A stretch of DNA of 20,000 bases, from assembly GCF_038025025.1 (NCBI RefSeq), contig NW_027117354.1, positions 236,297-256,296 of the forward strand, written 5' to 3'. The translations under genes and the position numbers were made by a program. Below are positions 1 to 11,455 of this stretch, in pieces. Positions within the stretch are counted from its first letter, which is position 1; each line of letters begins with the position of its first letter. The stretch comes from Phyllosticta citribraziliensis. Its lineage: Eukaryota. The notes beneath the pieces were generated by a model. The model had not been told where the DNA came from. It saw only the letters and a program-made list of their open reading frames with translations, and made no database searches.

Positions 1-1370
1 GAGGTCAATTGGGACGGCTGCGACTATTCAAAATGCGGCAGGACTGATAGAGGCGTGTCTGCGTTTGGACAGGTCATTGCCATTAGGGTGAGGAGTAGCC
101 AGCCAAAGCCAAAGCCAAGAAAACAGGAAGACGATTCAAATGGTCAAGCGGTGGATGATGTTGAGGAGGCTCCGTTTGATGACGTTCGTGACGAGCTGCC
201 ATACACGCGCATGCTGAATGCAGTCCTTCCGCCCGACATTCGCATCCTCGCATGGTGCCCGAACCCACCGGCCAACTTTTCCGCTCGTTTCAACTGCAAG
301 GAGCGTCGCTACAAATATTTCTTCACCAATCCCGCCTTTGGACCCATGTTTGGATCTGCCGGAGTCTTTGATGGCTCAAATGGACGCAAGATGCGTGAAG
401 GATGGCTGGACATTGAAGCCATGAAGGAAGCTGCCAGCTATCTGGAAGGATCGCATGATTTCAGAAATCTGTGCAAGGTCGATCCCGCAAAGCAAATCAC
501 CAACTTCACTCGCCGCATCTTCCACACCTCGATTGAAAAATGGAGTCCGGGCTCGGGCTTCGCCAAGTACACAAACAGCCTGGGTCTACAAATACCAGGT
601 GTGGTCGAAGAGCGCGAGAAAATCACGGGGCTATCGAGCGATTCTGCCGACGCGAATGGTCCTGGCGTCTTTGTATTCAATGTCCATGGATCCGCGTTTC
701 TCTGGCATCAGGTTCGACATTTGATTGCTGTCCTTTTTCTGGTCGGCCAAGGGCTGGAAAAACCAACGATCGTCAAGGAGCTTTTGGATACAGAGACCAA
801 TCCCACCAAACCAAAGTACGAAATGGCGGCCGATGCGCCTCTTGTGCTCTGGGACTGCCTGTTCCCAGACCTCGAGCAAGGAAAGGAGTCGGATCATCCT
901 GAAGAAAGCAGACCTGACAGTCTCAATTGGATCTACGTTGGCGACGACAGAATAGCGGCCTCGCCTGGAAGCAACCGCTCCTCTGGAATTGGCGAAAAGT
1001 TTGGCAAGAAGGGCGTCATTGAGGACCTGTGGGAAGTCTGGCACAGTCGGAGAATTGATGAGGCGCTTGCTGGCAGTCTTCTGGATCTGGTTGCATCTCA
1101 GGGGCCTCAATCTTCAGCAGAAAACGAGGACGACGCTCCTGCAAAGATCACAAGGTAAGTCAAACCACCTTTTGAAATTCAATCCGGCTAACGCTTTACA
1201 GGAGCGACAGAGTCTACGACGGCAGTGATGGCGCTAGGCTAGTAGGGAAATACCTCCCAATCATGAAAAAGGAGCGCATGGAGCCCGTCGAGGTCATCAA
1301 TGCGCGCTACTTGGCCCGGAAAGGACTCAGCCAAAGGGATGCCCCAGCGAATAACGAAGCAGACGAATAG
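1..1370 (+). CDS. DEG1: tRNA pseudouridine(38/39) synthase, TruA family (Deg1/Pus3), 5'-truncated by window edge; exons <1-1154, 1202-1370
   Basis: Frame 1 from base 1 reads EVNWDGCDYSKCGRTDRGVSAFGQV (TruA catalytic GRTD), then FSARFNCKERRYKY, GSHDFRNLCK and GSAFLWHQVR. Intron 1155-1201 (GTAAGT..GCTAAC..CAG) restores the C-terminus RSDRVYDG..GKYLPIMKKERMEPVEVINARY, with TAG at 1368-1370. Confidence 0.93.
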
Positions 1371-1587
1371 AAGCGAGTCGCCAATTCTGCTTCGAAGTCT
1401 TTGTCCCAAGCAACTGTCTCGGCCCACGTGTGCGATTTCCTTGTCTTTGTCTCTGCAATTGGCCCAGACAAAGGAGATGAGGCGAGCTTGGCCTTCTAGA
1501 ACCTTGAATTACTGGGTCAACAGTCTATATGATGTAGACCCTTGAATCTTTCCACTACTCACTTTGTACTTACCTCCCCGCTTCATC

Positions 1588-2007
1588 ATGGCGCACTCGA
1601 ACGAAAGCGCAACCAACGTCCCCACCACGCTCGCCTACTCCCATCCAACGACGCCGCACCCGTCTCGCAGCCAGCCAGGCTCGCCATGGTCAACTTCGTC
1701 CGCATCAACGCAATCGCCGCAAGCCTCGCGCCTCTCAAATGTGTACGCGCCGCGGACGTTGACTCCACAGCAGCAAACACCTTCGGCGGCAACTGCTTTA
1801 TCACAAAACGACCACTCAGCATCTTCTCCGGCGGCACCCGACCAAGCCGAGGGGGGAGAAATACCGACGGCATCGGCGTTGTCTCAGTTATTGCGGCTGG
1901 ACGAGGTGCTGAGGGACGCCGAAGCATATTTGACGGCAAGGGACGAGTATTTTGGCGCTTGGCCTTCAGTTGCTGAGAAAGTGGAGGACTCGGCGAAGGA
2001 AGCGTGA
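1588..2007 (+). CDS. hypothetical Ser/Pro/Thr-rich protein (~139 aa) with short helical C-terminus
   Basis: Single ORF, start context ATC-ATG-G after a pyrimidine-rich leader. Low-complexity N-terminus, then LSQLLRLDEVLRDAEAYLTARDEYFGAWP. No recognised domain. Confidence 0.5.
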   Translation: MAHSNESATNVPTTLAYSHPTTPHPSRSQPGSPWSTSSASTQSPQASRLSNVYAPRTLTPQQQTPSAATALSQNDHSASSPAAPDQAEGGEIPTASALSQLLRLDEVLRDAEAYLTARDEYFGAWPSVAEKVEDSAKEA

Positions 2008-2252
2008 TGTGCATTACATCGTGCTGGAGGACAATTTCATCTATCAAATAGAAAACGTATGGATATCTTGAGTGGAAAAGAATAATGACCGCCGTACTAC
2101 ATGGGATTCGGGTGGTGGACAGGTTCCCTTGCTTGCTCTCCCGGCGTACACAGGTGAATCTGACAGAATTGCAAATGATGAAGTTTTCGTGCTTGAACCA
2201 CAACTCCTCGCTAACCAAGACCGACCGTTTCTTTCTTTTTCGTCTCTCGTCT

Positions 2253-2639
2253 TCACTTTTCGACGACATCGGCTTTGCGGCCGCGCGGGCTGACGGGTAT
2301 CGGCTTATTGACAAACGGCTCTTCTTCACTGCTATTCCGCTGGGCATGGCGCTCCTCGTATTCTTTTGATGCGACTTTGATGTCTTCGATCTGGGCCTTT
2401 GTCAAAGAAGGACCGCTGGTGGTGACGAGAAAGCCGTCGCGGCCCTGAAAGATGCGGGTTAGCTGGAGGGGAGCTGATGACAGGGTTAGTCTCACTTGAT
2501 GGGTAAAGGGTCTGACTATGGCATCGGGACCGCAGTGGTAGCGTATCTCGCTTTGGATGACGGCGCGCGAGATGCCATAGCCGGGGACAAAGTAGTTGTT
2601 CAACGCCGCGGTGGAAGTGGTGGTGGTCATTCCGGGCAT
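2253..2639 (-). CDS. small protein (~111 aa) resembling the conserved domain of fungal RfeG; exons 2639-2496, 2444-2253
   Basis: NNYFVPGYGISRAVIQSEIRYHCGPDAIVRPFTHQ|GRDGFLVTT..LTKAQIEDIKVASKEYE resembles the RfeG pattern EYFxPxxGIxRxVIxADICRYLGNDALVRP..G..GY.I..LT..MI.DLK.DS (from memory). 51-nt intron 2445-2495 (GTGAGA..GCTAAC..CAG). Start is ATG 2639 or 2630. Confidence 0.72.
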   Translation of the reverse strand: MPGMTTTTSTAALNNYFVPGYGISRAVIQSEIRYHCGPDAIVRPFTHQVRLTLSSAPLQLTRIFQGRDGFLVTTSGPSLTKAQIEDIKVASKEYEERHAQRNSSEEEPFVNKPIPVSPRGRKADVVEK

Positions 2640-2853
2640 TTCGACTTGCAGCTGGAGAGAAAAAGAGCGGACAGGCCAGTCTTTTAAGATGCACGAGGCC
2701 AGATGATTGCATCTGTCCCGCTCGCGCGCTCGTTGTGCATCGCGGCATCCCACGTTACTCGTTCGCTGAGCTGCGCGGACCTTTGGGCTCTGCCTCTCGC
2801 CTCACTGGTTTCGCCTCGCTCTCTGCCCAACAGGCAGGCTGCTCCATGTCGGG

Positions 2854-2875
2854 CACCACCACCACCACCACCACC
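2854..2875. repeat. (CAC)7 microsatellite
   Basis: caccaccaccaccaccaccacc read directly. Confidence 0.9.
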
Positions 2876-5684
2876 GCTACCAACTACCTACGACTCCACC
2901 TGTATCACGGCGGGCGGATCCTCCAGCCCTTTGCCAGCTGGCTCGCTCGCTCCACACTGCACCGCTTTAAAGCCCCATGTCGCCAATCGCCACCACCACC
3001 GCACGCGCATCTCCACCGCGCCGGCCCGTCTGTACGCAGGTGGCATTCCCACTCTTTTCATTGACCCGTCATCGCGTCGTTCCACGATCCTCTTTCGCTC
3101 GGGTATCGACTTGATGCTGCGAGTAATGCTCGGTAGAGGGCTGGCTGCATTTTGATGATACCTGGGGCGACACACCACAATCGTCCCTGAGAGGACCGGC
3201 AGACCAGACCGGGTTCATGGGCACAAGGTCTGGATATCCTTCCCGCCCGCCCTTGGGAGCTGACGGACGGAAACGCCGTGTTCCTCCCTACCGCGCACGC
3301 GCACGGCTGCAACATGAGGAACCAAAGCCGGATTGTCTCTGGGATCTCGGTTCACGTCTCCGCCGGCTCGCTCGCTGGCGACAGATCCACCAGTTTACCT
3401 GTCACAGGGCGACATTGTCGGAGCCATGACTCGCACACAGCTCTCGTCTTTGTAGACCTTGGTTCGGTAGGTACAACAGCCTACAAACTCAATGCAAGGC
3501 CACCTCAGCACCTCGCTCCCAAGTCGGCATGGCCGTCGACCAACAACGGCGGACCAGCCATGCAAGCCTGACGCCGACTCGCATGCCGCACCAGGAGGGC
3601 AGGTCGTTGACAGACGATTGGACACACATCTCCGGCCTGTCTTGCAAACGACCGACGGCCGGTCAGCACGGTCAAGAAATGTTCCTTCTCCGGCTCTGGT
3701 CGTTTGTTGCTGAGGCGTCGTCGTCAGGCTGCACTACATCCTCCACCGTCGTACCACTTGGGCGGACAACTCATCCAGGTGTGGAAATGGTCCAGCAGAG
3801 TGCGCAAAGATCACCGGCCAGCTTGCTTGGCCATCCGGGAACTTGTATTCTCCGTGGTCGCACATGCCGCCAACGCTCACGAATGCCAGTCTTCCCTTGA
3901 GACTACCACAGCCAGGTGTTTGCGGAATCATGGCCGCGTGGTGGCGAAAATAGTCCAACGCTGCCATTGCCGGCCCCGCAAAATTGGACCAATGCGGCTG
4001 TTTGTGGTTGCTGGAAAAGCAAAAGGTGAGAATGCACGCACGAAATAAACTTTCCAACTGCAGCAGAAACCACGCGAGGCTACCCGCCAACCACCAAACG
4101 CAAACGAGGACGGCGGACCGGCATGCTCGCAGTAGCAGCTCGAGAGCTTGCTGCATGAAGAACTATCATGTACATGTAGGTGTGCGCTGTCAGAGCAACC
4201 GGACCGACGGCCATGTATCAAATCGCTTCGACAAGTGGACGTGGTACGTATCTCAGAAGCATCCTCCATGTCTCCAGTCCTGTCTCGACGTCTCTCCTCT
4301 GACTTGATGTGACATGTCGACTCAATCTCCTCCGCGGGATCCAGGCGATGCCATTGGATGCTGCTCGCCGTCTGTCTGCGTGCTCGCTTGCCTTCTGCGA
4401 CTGCCATGACGTGCCTGTCTTCGGCCGGCCCAACCGGGAAGACAACTACAGATGCAGCCGGTGCTCTTTTCTCGGAGAATCGAACGGGCGCAGCGGACCG
4501 CTCCAAGATGGAGAGGAGAAGCAGACGCGGCTGTGCTGTCGTTCTGCCATGCGCGCTGCTGACCGGTTGGTAGGGCTGGACGCGCACTGTACTGCGCTGC
4601 GCTCTCACGTCGTTGCAGAAGTGAGGCGGAGGGATCAACGAAGACGTCTTGTCTAGTCTAGTCCGTCGCGCACGCCTGGACATGCAAACTTTAATTTCTC
4701 GTCGAGCACTTCGCACGCGCAGCGCTCATCTCGACTTTAACGGTGAGATTTTTGCCTTGGAGTTTTGGAAGCGTAGTCTTTCTCATTCACGTGTATCCCT
4801 TCCCTATCTGTCTAGGTATTCATATCTTCTTCTCTCGCACGCCCAGTTTGGCAATCATATCGTCCATCTCCAGACTTTCATGCCGTTTGTTCCATCCTGC
4901 CTTGCTGCCCCGTCTATCAATACCTGGCTAGAGCTTCGCCTTGCTGATGGTTCAAGAGCTTGCCTTCCTTTGCCCGGCATGCCTGGTTGGCACAGCTTTT
5001 CGGTTCTTTGGGTCCTCTGCAAAGGCATGGAGGATGAATGAAATGACGTTGATCGACTGCCCAACCCAGCATATCTGCTGGACCCGTCAATCAGGCCAGG
5101 CTCGATCTCGAGAGACGCTTTGCTTGGAAGTGGTTGCCATTCGCACCCTGTTACAACTGACCACATTCCAGGCTCGAGACAAAGAAGTGGCTAGCTGAGT
5201 GCTCGTGGACATGGTTCCAGAACCTTCGCGAGTCCCACCAGGTCCATCGGTCTCTGTATTGCCTTGGGTCGTCCGCGCGAAGTTGATTCTGGTTTGGGAG
5301 CTTCTGGGTGGACGCATGAGCTGTCTCCAAACGACCCGGACAACCCTCTTCTTGATTCAACAACAGTTAGTCGTTGGCACTCACGCCCTGATTCTGCCGA
5401 TCTACAAACGGTGAGACCGGTTTCTTGCAAGTCGCCACCGGCCAAAGCACGTGGCTGGAGAATTCTAGCCCTTGGATCTACGCTTCCAACGCCAACTCTC
5501 TGTCTCTTTTCCAAGTTTTTTGGCTGTTGCTACGGCGCTTTTTTGGTCATTCGCCATCTGCTGTCGGGCTGAGATAGGTCTGCTGTATGGAGAAAGACGC
5601 CACTGACGGGCGGCGACGACTCCGAGGAGGGCCAACACCCAAGGCGCTGTTTGGACATTGCTGATGATGTATCTGTGCAAATCA

Positions 5685-5760
5685 TATAAAAGCCATCTAC
5701 ATATCCTCCTTCTCCCGCTTTTCCTCGTCTTCTTTCCTTACCCACTCATTCTCATTTCCG
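5685..5760 (+). promoter_or_regulatory. putative TATA box (TATAAAA 5685-5691) plus CT-rich tract of the secreted-protein gene
   Basis: TATAAAA ~160 nt upstream of ATG 5848, followed by a long pyrimidine-rich stretch, a typical fungal core-promoter layout. Confidence 0.5.
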
Positions 5761-5847
5761 CTCCTACAATCTCGACCAAATCTGAAATCAATCTACGTTC
5801 CTCTGATCCCACGACGCACTTGCTCAGTCCAGTCCCACAAAAGAGCC

Positions 5848-6633
5848 ATGACTCTTCTCCCCGTAGTGTTATTTTTCCTCTCGCTCGTCACGTACTCGCG
5901 TCTTCTCTTCGCGGCTCCGGCTCCGCTGTCGTCGGACGGCTCCCCTGACCAGGGCGGCACCGGCCAGACATCGATCCAGGACGCATCGCAGCCGTTTGTG
6001 GGCACCAACGAGACGGACGGCACGATGCTGGGCGTGAGTGCCGCGCATCCCCTGCTGTGCTCTTATCCCCTTTTCCATCCTCCCCCGTGCGGATTGATTC
6101 AGTGCATACCACTGACGAGGCGGTGGTGAGCAGGTCTACTACTGCACCGCGCCCTTCTGGAACGCGCTGCCCAGCGTCGACGCCGCATGCGTGTACTCCT
6201 CATCAACCTCGTCTTCCTCAGACACAGACGGCGACAGCACCGCCGCAGTCACCGTGAGCGACCCCTGCGTCTCCCTCCGCGGCACGACTGCCGCCGCCCA
6301 GGGCAAGCCGCAGACCACGTGGTACCGCAATGTAGCCAGCTTTGCGCCGGATCAGGGCGTCGTTTGCATCGTCTATGAGTAGTTCTCCTCCGTCTTCTCC
6401 CTTTCTGCTACTATTCCAGCAGACTTACTGACGCTCGTGATAGTGGCGACAAGTGCACTGGCGCCTCTCTGCGCATCACCAACCCCGGCTTCCCAGATCT
6501 CGGCGTCGTTGGCTGGGCGAGGCGCGTTGCTAGCTACGCCTGCGTCGGTGCCTCAGCTGATGAGGAGGGCGACGACGACGACGCTGGAAAGACGGCGCAG
6601 GGTGGCAGTTGGTTCCTTGGTGATGGAGATTGA
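5848..6633 (+). CDS. small secreted cysteine-rich protein (~206 aa), beta/gamma-crystallin-like; exons 5848-6033, 6134-6378, 6444-6633
   Basis: Hydrophobic signal peptide MTLLPVVLFFLSLVTYSRLLFA-APAP. Introns 6034-6133 (GTGAGT..ACTGAC..CAG) and 6379-6443 (GTAGTT..ACTGAC..TAG) give an open 621-nt frame: GVYYCTAPFWNA..AC..PCVSL..WYRNVASFAPDQGVVCIVYDGDKCTGASLRITNPGFPDLGVVGWARRVASYAC, 6 Cys. Confidence 0.8.
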
Positions 6634-7247
6634 TCGAAGAAAGGCGTGAGTGGACGATGTTGTTGTTTTGGGCACTTTGCCTTTTTGTTTTGGTACTTTG
6701 TTCTACTGTGCGTTTGCCTGTGGTGGTGCTGGTGTGTTGAATGTGCTGCTCTTCCTCTCCTCTAAGGCCTTGGGCCATCTGCTCGGGAGTGTGTCTCGAC
6801 CTGGCTTCATTTGGCTTGATCTCTTTTAGATTGCTCTTCTGCGGGTACTTTTACTGTACCATACTCAGTCCTCAACGACGCCTCTGTGCGTCCTGCGTCG
6901 AAATTGAAGCGCTAGGAAATGAATGAACCTTTGGGACAACACTGTCATTGGAGATGGAGTGAGAGGCAGGCAAGTCAACCAAAGATAGGCAAACCGAAAA
7001 GGGTGTCATCAATTCGTCCTAACCTCCATACCCGTCCGTCCATCCATGCCAGGGAATCAATCATGCAGCCAAACGGCCTTCCATACCTGTACCAATATAA
7101 CCCCACCCACCCAAACATACCTAGGAGTACCTGCGGCGTTAAAGACTAGTGCCAAGAAACAGACCTTTTCCACCCGAACCCCAGACCTTTCATGCGCCAC
7201 ATGCCGAGCATCCCTTAACACGTGCAACCAATCTATCCGTCTTGACA

Positions 7248-8815
7248 TCAATAAACCTCGCTGAAACTTTTGCGGCTGCGGTCTTTTGCCCGTTGAATCT
7301 TCTTCTCCAACTCTTCCTTGGTGGTTGATTCGCCGCTGCTCAAGCGCGCTTCCTCGTCGTCTGCATCGCAATATTCGGCGCCGTGATCCCCGTCTCCGAG
7401 GGCGTCGGCCCGCGCACCAGCACCCATGCCGCTCTCTTCTCGCCAGCTCCGCTCAGTCGTGTTTCGCCGTCGTGATTTGGATCGCTCCTTTTCGCAGCCG
7501 CTCTTAGGAGCTGAAAAATAGTCGCTATCCTCTGAAAAGCCTTCGACTGGAGTGCCGGCGCCGGAGCGAGATCCACCAAAATCGCGGCCTGGGTGTAGAC
7601 GAGCGCGCACCTCGGGGCTCGAGTGGTCGTGATTGTTGTCTGCGTCGGATGAGGGCGGCGTGCCGTCCACGTCGGAAGTGTCGCCGCTGCCAGGAGTGTT
7701 CCCATTTTGTCGAGAGCCGTTTGTCGTCGGGGATGGGTCGCCGGCAGGACTGTCAGATTGTTCTGGGGTGGGAATGACGGCCGGGGGCAAGGAGAGAATA
7801 TCAGAAGTGTTTTGGCGCCGTGTTCGACGAGGAAAGTTTATCTTGTCGTGATCGCAGCCATCAGCACATCCACCCCATCGACGTGCTGGTATTGAGGGAG
7901 AATTTGGTTGTGGCGGAGGTGGCCCCGTCTCTATGGCCTTGTCGTTTCGTCCCTGCACTGAAGCAGCACGCCGCTTTAAATCCGACCAAGTACGCAGTTG
8001 ATTTTGTAGAACGTATTTGCCGTTGTCCAGGTTTTGCTTCATGAGGATGAATTCGCAGTGGTTGATGTTGCGCAAGTCTTCGAAATACTCGACGGACCAG
8101 TGGTACCTGGGCTGTTAGAGAGGCCCTCGATTTGCTTGTGGAAGCTCACCATTTCATGAGGAAAACCCTCGTCATCAAGCCATGCGTGACCAAGACGCAG
8201 ACGCTTGGAAAGTCGTCCTCCCCAAATTGTCTCCATAGGCTCTCGTTGAAGCCGCTAATTCTGTCGTAGGCGTCTGCCGCACTCTCGCCGTTGGGTATGC
8301 GGTAGAAAAAGTGTCCGTAGTCGGCGCGCTCCTGCCACATGCGCTCCATCTCGGCAGAACATGGTTGAAAGTTGCCAAAGTCACATTCTCTCAAGCGGGG
8401 TTCTTCGTAGACTTTGATGTCGCTGCGAGGAAAGGGAGAAGGAGTCGGATCGTCGGCGGTCAGGGTGCGAAGGATGCCCTCGGTGGTCTCACGAGTGCGA
8501 CGGTAGGGCGAGGTGAAGAACTGGACGGTGTCTTCGGGTTTGAGCAAAGATCGAAGGCGGCGGCCGGCCTCCTCTGCCTGTTGGAGGGTTAGCAAGGTGT
8601 GACTGTCGGCGTGTCGGGGCACCAACCTGCTGCCATCCATCTGGGGTGAGCTTCACGCGGTGGTCTGGGACGAACTGGTGTATATCGCGGTTCTTGTTAC
8701 CCTCGGACTGGCCGTGACGTATCAAAATGATCATCTGCAGGGAAGCAGCGGGTTAGTTTTGAATTCTGTGGCAGACGCCAGAGGGACGGGAACGGCTCAC
8801 CCGTGGCTTGCCCAT
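7248..8815 (-). CDS. DET1: histidine phosphatase / phosphoglycerate mutase family protein, Det1-like (~469 aa); exons 8815-8801, 8734-8627, 8577-8150, 8106-7248
   Basis: MGKPR|MIILIRHGQSEGN (RHG motif), TSPYRRTRET, EPRLRE.DFGNFQ, FFYRIPNGESAADAYDR, LVTHGL, W|YHWSVEYFEDL. Three canonical introns (8735-8800, 8578-8626, 8107-8149) keep the frame. Long low-complexity C-terminal tail. Confidence 0.92.
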
Positions 8816-9290
8816 GATGAGTTGTGGAGACGGAGTGGGGATGGGGATGGTGAGAGGGGGGAGCTCTCAAAAAGCTGTTGGGACGTCCTTGGGTGACAGC
8901 ATCGGATGGGGTGAAGGTCAGGTCAGGCCAAGCATCACTCCCTCACGTACAGTACCTGCAGAGGGCGGAGGGCGACACCGCACCGCACCGGCAGGGCAAG
9001 CGGGACCGCGCCACCCTCTCCTCCGCCACCACCACCACCACCACCACCACCACCACCATCAGCATCCGCTTCATCTGCCGCCATCCGGCCCTGTTGCTTG
9101 CTCATCACATTACACATCCGATCCACCCCGACTGAGCCCTCCACTCGACTCGTCCTCGTCGACCCGCCGTCGTCGCCTCGCCGCACGTCAGCAGTTTTCT
9201 CCCCGTCTTCATTCGCCGCCCCGCACGCACGCGCCGCTCAAACGAAACAAAACCATCCTCGACTCGCGCAAAGTTTGAACAAGCGCCAGC
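8816..9290. promoter_or_regulatory. 475-bp divergent (likely bidirectional) promoter region
   Basis: Head-to-head ATGs at 8815 (-) and 9291 (+). Confidence 0.6.
9026..9058. repeat. (CCA)11 microsatellite
   Basis: 33-nt perfect trinucleotide run read directly. Confidence 0.95.
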
Positions 9291-9857
9291 ATGTCCGAGC
9301 CCATCCCCGAATCTGTTCCCACGAGCGCAGACCCGCGCACCCACCGTCCAACCAAGAAACGCGCCCTCTCGCCGGCAACCGCCCAAGCAAACCAACTGCA
9401 AGCCCTCTTCAAAAACGTCGACAAGGAAGTCAACCTCCCAAATGGTCCCAAGTCGAAGAAGCTGTCCGCTCCGCCTGAGATTGTTGCAAACGTGCAGGGT
9501 TCCTCGGCGGGTGCGGGCTCGGGCGAGTTTCACGTCTACAAGGCTTCGCGGAGGCGCGAATACGAGCGGTTGCGGATGATGGATGAGGAGAAGCGGAAAG
9601 AGGATGAAGAGAGGGAGTTTGCACGAAAGCGCGAGGAGATGAAGCGAAAGGACGAGGCCAAGACGAACAAGAACAAGGCCAGGCGCGAAAAAGCCAAGGC
9701 GCGGAAGCAGAAGAAGGACGACGATAAAGTTGAAGAGAGCGGCACAAGCAAACTGGGACCCAATATCAACGCTCTGAAGAGGAACCGCGAAGACGAGCAC
9801 GAGGTCGAGCACCAAGACAACCCTGAAGAGATTGGTATCGTCATCCACGATGACTGA
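9291..9857 (+). CDS. PRKRIP1: PRKRIP1 / DUF1168 family protein (spliceosome C* factor homologue), 188 aa
   Basis: Family signature PPEIVANVQGSSAGAGSGEFHVYKASRRREYERL, followed by a charged helix and KTNKNKARREK. Intronless. Confidence 0.9.
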   Translation: MSEPIPESVPTSADPRTHRPTKKRALSPATAQANQLQALFKNVDKEVNLPNGPKSKKLSAPPEIVANVQGSSAGAGSGEFHVYKASRRREYERLRMMDEEKRKEDEEREFARKREEMKRKDEAKTNKNKARREKAKARKQKKDDDKVEESGTSKLGPNINALKRNREDEHEVEHQDNPEEIGIVIHDD

Positions 9858-11455
9858 GCGGGAAGATTGCTGCCTTCAAGAGCTGAAGTAGCATAAGAAT
9901 TCAAGTTTGAGGCTGATTCGACGGCTTGAATTCCCCGAGTACGAAGTTTCTGCTTGTCGCAACGATTCCGACCCGATCGTAGCCTCAACTCAAGACGCAT
10001 GAGCATGGCTGAAAGGACCGGCCAAACATGCAAATACCGGATTCGTAAGTTAAATGGCGTCGAGGTTCCATCGAATGCATGGCGTGGCATGATCGAGCGG
10101 GAATCTGCCGTGTGTCCTTGGACAGCATCTGAGACCCCGCTTTGATGGTCCACGTCCAGGAATTGTGGCAGCCGCTCATGCGCTCGCCAGATTGCAGACC
10201 TAGATCGTGCAAAAGTCGAGATGCGGTCGCGGTCTGGTGATTTTCTCAGTCAAAAGATCGTCCTGGAGGAGTATGTCAAACCGAGTTTGTGGCATTTGAA
10301 GCTGTCGTGCTATCTGGGACAGCAGGTCCCAACACATGGCACCAACCGAGCGAACCTACTGCATAGAGCTCAATTTTCTTTTGACGTCTGTTGTTCATTT
10401 CTTTTCAAAATATCCTGCATTGAAATTCGTCCGTCGTATTGCTCGAATCATCGTGCCTACTGGTCACATTCTAAAGACACTAATTTACTGCAGCAATTTC
10501 CAGGCCAAGACCTGGCCTACCATGCCCTTTTGTCGTTGACGCCCCTACGACCTCTTTTATTGTTCATGGATCCCGGAAAATTCATGGCCAAGCCCGACTT
10601 CCTGGCTTGCGTTTTGCAACGGCGTTTTGCGGCCGGCATGAATGAACGGACCAGCCAAACCCCATCAGTGCGCAGCACGTGGAGACCCACAGAACCTGAG
10701 CTTTGACCGAGGCGCTGGACACGAAAGTCAAACTCGAGCAAGTGGCTGTCCGTGATACAATTGAACACTCGGAAATTTTGTCAGCCCGGTGGAAGCTGAT
10801 ACAAGCTTTGGCTGGACCGCGTTCCACGACATGACGGCCACCAGGCGAAGGATTCTGTGGATGAAGAGTCGACGATTCGAGATGGACTTCCGAGACAGGT
10901 AGGTGTCATGATAACAGTAGGGCGACGGAAGCAGGGGTAGTGCCGCGGCCCCCGGTGGTTTTTCCGCAAAAATGTTCCACCTCGACGGCGCAGCCGATAG
11001 CCAGCATTGATTAAGATCATCATGGCGAGAATCATCGTCTTTGTTGCCTCGTGGCTTACCCCTGCAGCCATCACTGTTGGTAGAGGCCAAGTGGATGCGG
11101 TGAAGAGAAACAAATCATGCGCCGGCCTCGGGGCGCGCCATTGGTCATGGACGGCGCAACGCAGGCCAAAACGAGCTGGGAGAGGCGTTTCTTTCGCCGC
11201 TTATCAAAAGCAGCGGCTGGTCGACGTTGGACGAACAAGCATCCGCGTGATGAGCCCCTGCGGCGGACCCGACGACGATTCCACTCGCGTCCGCGTTTTC
11301 GTACGCCTGCAGTCTGCGCAATATAATCCTGTACATGCTCGCCTCTGCCTCTGCCAGGTTGCTGCTCACGTACATCATTGCCCCACGCCAGATTGCATAA
11401 ATGCATACTATCCTCCGACACCTCTCCTCTGCCCCGACTCGACCACATCCGTGCC

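Noticed and set aside
3152..3263. TGATGA..CTGA resembling a box C/D snoRNA, and CTGAGA resembling a TPP riboswitch core
   Set aside because: No terminal stem, recognisable rRNA guide or remaining TPP consensus; such short motifs are expected by chance.
2700..5680. Many 70-260 aa ORFs and splice-like signals (e.g. GTACGT 4244, GTGAGA 5411..TAG 5577)
   Set aside because: No coherent spliced protein or recognisable motif could be built. Treated as intergenic, though a non-coding or poorly conserved transcript cannot be excluded.
8808..9278. ORFs with poly-His, poly-Thr or poly-Gly
   Set aside because: Translations of the (CCA)11 microsatellite in a divergent promoter.
9105..10153. Long minus-strand ORFs (247 and 205 aa) with hydrophobic stretches
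   Set aside because: Antisense to the Lys/Glu-rich PRKRIP1-like gene.
9860..11450. ORFs of 110-164 aa between PRKRIP1-like and pseudokinase genes
   Set aside because: Overlapping in several frames with no domain or consistent coding character.
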